Of a stretch of DNA of 64,000 nucleotides, positions 54,805-64,000 are shown piece after piece. Numbering within the stretch: the stretch's first letter is position 1; each line of letters begins with the position of its first letter. The position numbers and the translations under genes were made by a program. Origin of the DNA: Styela clava (Eukaryota); NCBI RefSeq assembly GCF_964204865.1, contig NC_135251.1, forward strand, positions 30,070,001 through 30,134,000, written 5' to 3'. The notes under the pieces are model-generated. The model searched no databases, was not told the origin of the DNA, and saw only the letters and a list, made by a program, of their open reading frames with translations.

Positions 54805-54998
54805 TATCTCTGTGCTCTCCACCAAAGTGACTATCACTTTGCTCTCCACCGACCCGACAAGTGGTTTATTGGTTGTCACGGCGACTGGACAGCTGATTGT
54901 GAAATGGATTACGACTGCGCTGACTTATTGACACACACGCGACTCGGAAACGGCACTGAAAAGCAGGGAAGATTAAATAGCGCACAGTGCATTCAAAG

Positions 54999-57900
54999 AT
55001 GCTTCGACAAACTAAATGGCAATTGGAAGCATCTGATGCTGTAAGTTGGCATCAAGACGAAGCTTTGAATTCAACTATATTTTTACTAAGAGAAATGGGA
55101 CCAACCAGTTTTTTGTTGAAAGAAGAAGAAGAAGATAGGAAACTAAAGGTGAACATGCAGCCATTGGCCTTTTGTACAAGAAGAAATAAAGTTATTACGT
55201 TATTGCTGGCTTATGTGTATCAAATTGGTGGCTGGACCAAATCTGCAAATTGGTAGATATTCAAGATAGGTAGATCTGTAGATAGATACATGGATTCATA
55301 CAATTTTAGCTTATATAGACTACCGTACTGATGCAATGGAATAACATTTTTTTTAAATGCGTCAAATATCACATTATTCGATACAGAATCTGAATTTACT
55401 AAATAAGAGTTTTAACAAGTGTGAAAGCATCTTTAGGGCTTGGTAGTTGGAGCATTACATATTTATATTTTGAAAACTGTAAACAAATTTCGAATTTTTT
55501 CTAAATTTTAGAGTTTATTAATGTATCAGAAGTTTTTTAGGTTAACATTGGAGATCCACACAGTTGTACATGCGATGTTTTCAAGAGAGAAAGAAACCCA
55601 TGCAAGCATATATGCTGGTTAATTTTGAAGAAATTCAAGTGGCCAAGAACAAATGAATGTTAGTTTCATTTACTTGAAATATTTATTTATAATCAAAACC
55701 ATATCGCCTATAACTATGCAAATGTTTCCTTTTTGTCTAAATCATGTTCCTATGAAGTTTGATGCATCATTATTTTATTTTGCATTCATAAGTTACTGTA
55801 GTAACATTTGGATGTAAATTTTAATGGAGCTGTACATTGCGATGGTATCTTGATGGAGAAACTGAAATTTATTTTTGAAATATAGTGTTACTTTTGCAAT
55901 TATTTTGTGGGGCAGTAGACTACGGTATAGTTATATATTGACATGGAGTGCATATTTATATTACCGGTATATATTTTTCATATTCAAGTATCATATCAAC
56001 ATGGCCTGGTAGAAAGAGAAATCAATCAATTGCTGCAAGGTCCAAAAAAGGTGAAGAAAGAGCAACCCAAGGGAAATAAAGATATAGGTAAAAGTTGACC
56101 AATCTTTACATATTATCATTACTGATAAGAAATAGTCAATGAAATAGAGATGATTGATTCAAACTTGATTTGTGCCTCAGTAACCATTCGGTGCTCCCGA
56201 AGTATGCGAACCAAGATGGCGGACATCGGAACGTAACATGGGTTGATGGGTAACAGGTTAGGGTTAGACTATAATTTTTTTCCAATTTTCCTTATTTTAG
56301 TCCTATTATCAGTTCGAAGACTAGCCAAGAGCCTCCCGTAGTATTTATACCTAAAATTATGGCCTAACCCTAACCTAGTACACATATTACATTCCGATGT
56401 CCGCCATCTTGGTTCGCATACTTCGGGAGCCCCAACCATTCTCTATTTTTGACCAAGGTACTTCAGAAAAAGGAACTGCACAACAACGAGCTATTTCAAA
56501 ATTGGATGTTTGTCCCATATGTCAAGAAGAATTATTAGATAATCATTTGCCTGTAACATATTGCAGGTAAGAGTGGGGTGGTTCATGTAATTGCTGGTCA
56601 ATTATGGCTTCGTCCACTGTCAAGTTCATGCATCTGAAACAAAAGACTGGCTAGATAATCCCATACCAGACATGGACTGGTAAGCCTATCCTAGAAAAAA
56701 ATATTATATAGTCTAAAAAATTCCTAATTTAGTCTGGTAATGCCTGATTTACAGTATGTCAAATTTTATAATGCAAACAAAGTATGTTGGTGAATCTCTT
56801 AGCATTGCATTTTGGCATCTCTTTTCTGTATGCCATCAATAATTTGTGGAAATTTTGGACTACAGATATGGTTGCGGAAACAGTGTTCATATCAAATGCA
56901 TGAAGATTTGGGCAGAACATCAACGTCAATCATCAAAAGATGATGAAATTAGATGTCCAATGTGTAGAGAAATTTTTGGAAGCTTTTATAAATTGCTTGA
57001 AGAACTTCGGAATGCTTCTGGCGATGATATTGAAGCATACAGACTGGATGTTCATTTTTCAATTTCTTGTAATGGATGTCAAATGTGTCCCATAAAAGTA
57101 ACTAACGAACCCTCTTTTTGAGATTAGTGCATATTTATCCTGATGAATCGTTTGTTGTAAATATGGGATGTATATACTTAGACGTACATGCCATTAATAT
57201 ACAATTGGATCCCAAAAAAACAGAACCCATTATTTCTTGATTACTTCTATGAAAATGAAGAAGGTGTAATTAACACTCAAAATTTGTTTGTGTATGATTG
57301 TATACAATAAATTCAGTAACCTAGTATGCTTCGCACAAAGGTTATGTTCTCTCTAGAATATGTTTCCAATGGCCTTGGTTCTATTTCTTTTTTGGGTCGC
57401 CCTATATTTTACTCTTCATACAGTGAACAATTTTTCTTTTTCATATATCAGGGTAAATGCTACAAGTGCACAACATGTTCTTCCTTCTATTTATGCAATA
57501 CCTGCTTCCACGGTAACAAACATAGGCATCATTCATTTGAATTTCGTCTAAAAAGAACAAATCGTTGGCGCCCTGCAAAGTCTCGACTTCAAACAGATCG
57601 GGAACTCGCTATTATTAATGATTTGTCCACTCGTGAAATTACAGACAATGATTACGATTTATTACTGCAATTGGACAGGTTCGTGCCGTTTTTACCCATA
57701 AATTTTGTCTCGTCCAGTCAGATTGTGGCAATTATATGTAGAGAGTTAATGATATTTTATCTTTAGCTTGAATGAGACCTCTAATAATGAATGTTCAATC
57801 CTCTAGAAATAAACAATTCATTTTGATTTAGGTATTTTAGCTAGACTTATTAACTAGACTAACTCTGTAAAATCATTTATTTATGTTAATTGTTAAAGCA

Positions 57901-59663
57901 TGCTTAATTTCATTACTTTCAAATATACAACGTTTTAAATTATATTTCGTATTGATACAACCAGTTAGATTTTTCAGTTCTGTTTTTAGCTCAAGTGGAG
58001 ACACAGCTCCAGTTGATTTGTGTGGATTACCTGAACATGTCATCAACACTCTTCCAATGATGAAAGTCAGACCTGGAGCTAAACTACTTGTGCCTGGCAA
58101 GCAATGTAGAATATGTTTACGATCATACGAGGTTGGCGAATATGTGAGAAAATTACCAGAGTGTAAACATATATTTCATCGAGAATGCATTGATGATTGG
58201 CTTTCAGAAGATCACAGGTAAATTCAAGGAACAAAAATTGTATTTTTTTTCATGTTGTTAAACGACATTTTTATTAGCATAAAATGCCAAAATTATTCCA
58301 ACATTTTAGCTTCGTTTGGGGAAGTTACAATATAATTTCAGTGAAAGTACTTCTTGGTTAGAACATAAAAAAATGAGTATTTGAAGTATTTCTAAATTTT
58401 AATATATCTAGACCAGAGCATTGGCTTATTAAAAATGTTTTTGATGCCTCAATTTTATTTCAGAATATTTTGCGTACTATTTTGAAAAAAATTGATATAG
58501 AAAGTCTTTCACAACTTCTTACTGCTATACAGGAGATGTCCAATTGATAAGAGACTGGTGGTGGGAATGCATCGTAGACAACAAAGTGCAACTTCAACGA
58601 GTAGACAGAGAAGCAGGCAACAAGATATTGAAGCAACTGATATGTCTACAGAATTAATGATTCCTGGAATAGGAATTGCAAAATTACAGAATATGCAAGT
58701 AAGTTCTGTTAGGAATTTTGTTGTTGCTGATTCCAATTACTATTTTGTATCATTTTTGAGTCAGTCTCTTGGGCATGGACAGATTGAGATTATTATATTT
58801 CCCATTCAAAATAATTTTTTGAATAAAGAAGAAATGTTATATTATGAAAATTGGAAATATGAACTTATAAAACATCACTGTTGTTGCACACTGAATAGCA
58901 TATATCTACGTCCAATGATTTTTTGAGCTTAATGCAGATGACATTTTTATTGTCTGTGAAGCTGTGATCTGTTGCGACAGTTTTTCATATAGCCAAGTAC
59001 CATGGCAAAACCATCATGGTGGGAAATTGTACACTTCTGTCTGCATTCAAAATATATACTTTGATAATCTATGTCTATGACATTCGAAAACTTGATATAA
59101 ATATGGCTGCCACACTCTTATCTGATTACATTCTAGTAGTTCTGATGCCGTGAGTACCATTTTCCATGGGTATAATTGAAAATTGTTTATGATTCAAAAT
59201 GTTCGTAATTTTCAATATTATTCAAAATCAGAATGACAGGAGGTATAATGCTGATGCAAGGAATGCAAGCAACATAGACAATCGAACACTTTCAACTGCA
59301 ACTAATTATCAGTCATCAAGTTCTGTAAACCCTGTTGGAATCACAATTGAAGATGTTGTGAGTGGCTGTCACACACTTAGTTTAAGCAGAAAGGCCGAGT
59401 TAAACCATAGATCACGTCACTTATCTCTTCCTCCTCAAAACCCGTTGCATGTGAGACAACGAGCTAAAAGTCGATCAAATCATGCATTTACTCCAAATGG
59501 AATTGCAAAAGGATCAGTTGTCCGATCTAGAAACCGATCATTTGAACGGAAGACAGCTCCACATTCTTCCCAAGTAGATCTATGGTTGACGGGAAATTCT
59601 CCTTTGTCCGGAACGGATTTACAAAGTATTCAACCCATGACATTTGATGATGACCTGCCATAG
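54999..59663 (+). CDS. ZSWIM2: E3 ubiquitin ligase ZSWIM2/MEX (SWIM, RING, ZZ, RING)
   Basis: Exons 54999-55148, 55541-55658, 55989-56087, 56458-56566, 56866-57097, 57452-57678, 57990-58217, 58533-58698, 59232-59663. LLREMGPTSFLLKEE, CTC..CKHICW (SWIM), CPICQEEL..CGNSVHIKCMKIWAEH, ZZ CNGC..KCTTC..LCNTCF, REITDNDYDLLLQLD, QCRICL..CKHIFHRECIDDWL. Confidence 0.93.
56190..56433. mobile_element. GG...CC MITE with 8-bp TSD (Merlin-like), long TIRs and TTAGGG-like motifs
   Basis: TIRs ggtgctcccgaagtatgcgaaccaagatggcggacatcggaa / ttccgatgtccgccatcttggttcgcatacttcgggagcccc; TSD aaccattc; related copies at ~47046-47156 and ~63217. Confidence 0.8.
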
Positions 59664-61034
59664 AAATATTTATATCTGTTCTACGCCAAGCATAAGCAGC
59701 ATATTGGTGCATTCCATCAGAAGTATGTGTTCTCAAAACTGTACAATCTATTTGGCGATGATTCAATTGATATTGATGGATAATCTGTTTAGTAAGTTTC
59801 CCCGCCTGCAGTATAAATGTGAGATTTTATCCTAATTCTATTCAAAAACTGTTGTGGATTGTTTCTTCAAAATGGATTCTTTATTATCTTGCTTGCCAGT
59901 TCCCCCACATAATTTTAAATTTATTTATTTTATTCACTTTTCAAACGGTTTATTTTTGTATTGAAATGAATGTTTATTTTATGTGTAAGATTCTAAGCTC
60001 TTCCAGTCTCAATCTGTGTTCAATTTCATTTGTGTTTGAAATAATTAAAGTCGCTTGAGAATTCGTGTGAGAATTTAGTATGAGTGCTTCGTAAACTATT
60101 TTGTCAGTGTGATAAATAGACTTTCTGGAGGTACGGTATATTGCCACCATGGAATTTGCTGTGACCGCATCATGCTAGACGCCGCACCTATGATTACCTT
60201 GCGTGGATTTGAATCCCTTGGGGGATAAATGTGTGCTAGACTAGAGAATTGCTGGACTCCTTGCAACGAAGGATGGCGCACGTAACCGCTGGTCGGTTGC
60301 GGCTTCTTCTTTTGTCAATGCATCTGAAACTAATAATTGGCTAACTAGTCCCTTACCCGACATGGACTGGTGACCGGGCGAGAAGCCGTGGTTCGCTGTA
60401 TGATATTAACCGGTCTTATCATCTTTTCTTGGGGGTAGAAATCCATCGAAAAAATAGCATACCGGCGGATTCTTCCATCATTGAGTGCTATAAATTTGAT
60501 TGGTCCATCAGTTGCGAAGACGGGAGTGTTTTTTTCAACAAGAAGATCAATTTAGATACTTTCAGCAGTGATTGTGCGGGAAAAACATAATGACTGTCTC
60601 TAATCAATCCGTGTTTGAAGCGACACCCTTCTCTGGGTTCGATCATTGATGATCGTGCATGGACTTATGTCACTGACTAGGATCATGTTAATGCAATCTA
60701 TCACTGTGTGTTCTCGCAGTTCTGTGAATATCCCAACATGGAAAGGGTGTATCTTGCTTAAAGACTGTCCTTCTCTATAATAATCAATGATCATCCTGTT
60801 AGAGACGAGTTTCTGAAGGCCCATTATGGATTATATTCAAGATAAAAACTTATTTTGCCACGTTTAGAACAAACCTAATTTGGAAACGCGTATCTAATTC
60901 TCACAATACCAGTAACTTTATTGCCTGAGGCTTATTTTTGCTACTTGAATGCCTGGGGCGGAATTCATCGTACTTGGTAGTCGAAAAATTCGGTGCAATC
61001 GACAACGTCGCATTTAGAACTGTTAGTAAACACT

Positions 61035-64000
61035 ATGGCACGGGCTCAAGTCATAGTCCTAGGATTTTTTCTCATTGTATCATGCACTTATCTAATTCAT
61101 CAAGAGTATGTAGGCGGACTACAAGCTTTTAGAAGAAGCCAGGACAGTTTTATAACCGATTTGGATAATTGCAGTCCGCACAGACTAGCAGTCATCATAC
61201 CATTCAGAAATGTATTTGACGAACTTATGGAACTAGTACCCAGTCTTCACGAATTCCTTGTCAAGCAATGCGTAAATCACAAGTTTTACGTCATAAATCA
61301 AGCCGACATATTCAGGTATGACATTTTCAATAAAATAAGGAATAAGGGGTTTTATTATTAAGTTCGCACCGAACAGTAATGTGGATATTTGTAGTTTATT
61401 TATATATATATTTGTAGTAATTTATCAGTTCCAAACGATAGATGTTCAGGACAACCGCAAATAAAAAGAGGCGTGACTACCTACACAGAAATAGTAAAAA
61501 TTTGAATTATTATTTGTAAAACTTATCCAAATGCGATGCTATAAGTGCGAAGCACCACCGACGTTTGCAAATTGTATTTCATCTGACATATTGCTTTGGT
61601 GGGAATGACAAAATTATATCAGGTAGTAGAACTCTCAAAATAGCTTATGCGTGATGTAGATCCCTCAATTTAAAATGAATTTACGCGGACACCTTATTCT
61701 AAAACCCACCCGATTACTTTACTACATTACTTTCAAAATACCTTTTATTCTTTTTCTGCTTTCTACAATTTTTTCTTTATTTTGCAGATTTAACAAAGGG
61801 TCGTTGGTAAATATAGGATATCTGTTGTCTAGAGATGAGTGCGATTATTTGGCAATACATGATGTTGATTTACTACCTCTTAATTCTCAACTGCAGTACT
61901 CGTTTCCAGAGAAGGTGAGAAAAAAACCAAACATTTTACAAATTGTTTATATCTTTAATGCTACAAAAAAAGTCGAGTCAATTTTTTTCTTTAACAACTG
62001 TTTACATCGAAGGTCGCACGTTTGTGCTAACAAGCATAGTATAGTAAACATTAGGCTTTTATTTCGTTTATTTAAATTTTAAACTTAGTCTGGATGGGGA
62101 TTACCGAATTAGTCAATCATCATCAGGATTGGATACAACTGTTTGGCGTCACCTGGCCAAGCTTCGCTACGAGTATAGCTTATTCCCTACAATTTCTTTG
62201 GAGTGACTATCTATCAAATAGAACGATCCGGCGCGCCACCGCCAAAATGTATTCCAAATTTGTTTTATACAGGGCCCATTTCATGTTGCTTCACCAGAAT
62301 ATCATCCATTTCTCAGCGGAAAAACATACATTGGAGGAATCATACTCCTAACAATGAAACAGTTTGAGAAGGTACATTATGAATATATATTTGACTAAAA
62401 CAAGTAATTTCAATATGATATCTAGTCCAGGTATTTTTAACGCAATACGTAGACGAAACGTCAGTATTCACTAGATACAGTTGTTTAACATCGATCTAAA
62501 TATTTTTTACAACTTTTATCACACGCTTTCATTAATTTAGGTCAGAGGAATGACCAATACTGATTGGGGCTGGGGTGGAGAGGACAACGAGTTTTATATG
62601 AGAATATTGAACCAAAATATGACGGTGAGTTATAGAGGAAACAAGTTTAGCATTAAGGGCTGCAACTTGATCAATGTTTAGATAAAAATTATTTAACTTC
62701 CAGAGATCAGTTATATTTGGCTTCAGGTGGATCACTAATGATAAAACGATAAGATTCTGATGTGAGCACACTGACGTAACAACTTCCATGTGACTTTTTA
62801 GAACGACAGGTAACCAGTATCAGTCCTACATATACAAAAATGAAACGGAAGCCAAAATTTTGTAACCAAGAGTACGATGCCAAATATATGGGCACGAAAG
62901 CCAAAACGAAAAAGTTTACCGTACCTAGTCTACAGTGCGTCACCGGTATCAAATAACCTCAGACCTCCGCGTAGCACGAGTTTGCATAATCGAAGTGGAA
63001 GACAGTCGTCACGCTTGGAGGATTGAAAACTGATTTTCCATGAAGAAAATATAATCCAGCAATATTTTGGAAAAATATCAGATCTCAGAGAAATCATGGA
63101 AAATTTAGGAATAAATAAATAGCCTTCTAGCGACAATAACAATGTTTAATCACTAAAAATTTCAAAGCAATTGTTCCAATAAAAAAAAGAAACAAATTTT
63201 TTTCACAACAAAAAATGGACCTCCAGAAGTATATGCACCAAGATGGCGCACAACAACAACATAATACCAAAACGATCCGTATGTACATTTCGTGTTCAAT
63301 AAGCGAAGTGTAGGAAATGCTACGAGAATTATTCTAGACGTTGACGTTAGGCATTAATTAACAGGTCTATTACACCAGATTATTCACAGATTTTATTCCG
63401 GTGCTAGGGTCCGTAATCAATATCCATCGAAAAAAAAACGAGAGAGCACCATGATGTTGTTTCCAAAACATGCATGTCTTTTGGAACATCAACTAACTAA
63501 TTCCCAAACTTTTGTTCCCATATTTTCATCGGTTTTAATTGAAGGTAATTTGTTCATATGAAAGTCTGGGTTTTAGTGTTCTAATTTCTTTGACAGATTT
63601 ATAGAAAGTCTGGACTTTCAACTGGGAAAGATAATACGTTCAAGAATCTTCATAATCCAATCAAACGACCGCGAGATAAAAAGAGGTTTAATAAAGAACA
63701 CAAGGTATAATACTACAGAAAATTGCATCCTTTATTGAAATTTATCTTCCGTTTTCGAAAGTTACTCTTTATGCTTTATGATCTGGAATGAACTATATAT
63801 ATAGAGATTAATGATTTCATGAATTAACGAAGAATGACTGCCTGAATGCATCTTTACTTTCTTCTCTTCATCAAGTTGGAGGTTTAGCATTTAATGATAT
63901 GTTTCACTTAACAACCCAGTTTTGATGTGTTTTTTGCAGGATGTTTTTCAAATGGAGACGAATACCGGATTCCATGATGTCGAATACAATATCTCATCAA
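61035..64000 (+). CDS. B4GALT7: Beta-1,4-galactosyltransferase 7-like (GT7); 3' end beyond window
   Basis: Exons 61035-61315, 61788-61914, 62273-62371, 62541-62624, 63597-63704, 63940->64000. Type II TM segment, [47 protein letters not shown]. Confidence 0.88.

Noticed and set aside
56255-56380. Interstitial telomere
   Set aside because: Only about two TTAGGG units on each arm, internal to a MITE.
59663-61035. ZSWIM2-B4GALT7 operon
   Set aside because: Same strand, but 1.4 kb apart with an intervening SINE; no sequence evidence for polycistronic transcription.

Overview
This is AT-rich, intron-rich animal genomic DNA, not prokaryotic. The proteins look chordate-like, the introns are short GT-AG, and tRNA-SINEs and hAT MITEs are dense, which suggests an invertebrate chordate, most likely an ascidian (inference). 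I rebuilt seven spliced protein-coding genes by hand. (1) A large secreted mosaic protein on the minus strand that runs off the left edge: signal peptide, furin site, ShKT, TSP1, LDLa, ricin-B, TSP1, half C-type lectin, kringle, ricin-B repeats. (2) ASF1. (3) TRAPPC13, tail-to-tail with ASF1 with only 66 nt between stop codons. (4) A BTB protein with a Pro-rich tail and a hidden last exon ending YDDSLNPFA*. (5) ATP6V0D1. (6) ZSWIM2. (7) A divergent B4GALT7-like gene that runs off the right edge. Introns and intergenic DNA contain many non-autonomous DNA transposons (several with perfect 8-bp TSDs, some nested), a tRNA-derived SINE family, and LINE remnants. No CRISPR array, rRNA or intact tRNA gene was found. 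The most novel-looking items are the ShKT/lectin/kringle mosaic protein, the BTB-PxxP-NPF protein, active-site substitutions in the B4GALT7-like enzyme, and the probable ASF1/TRAPPC13 antisense overlap. Comparisons to human proteins are from memory and need alignment.
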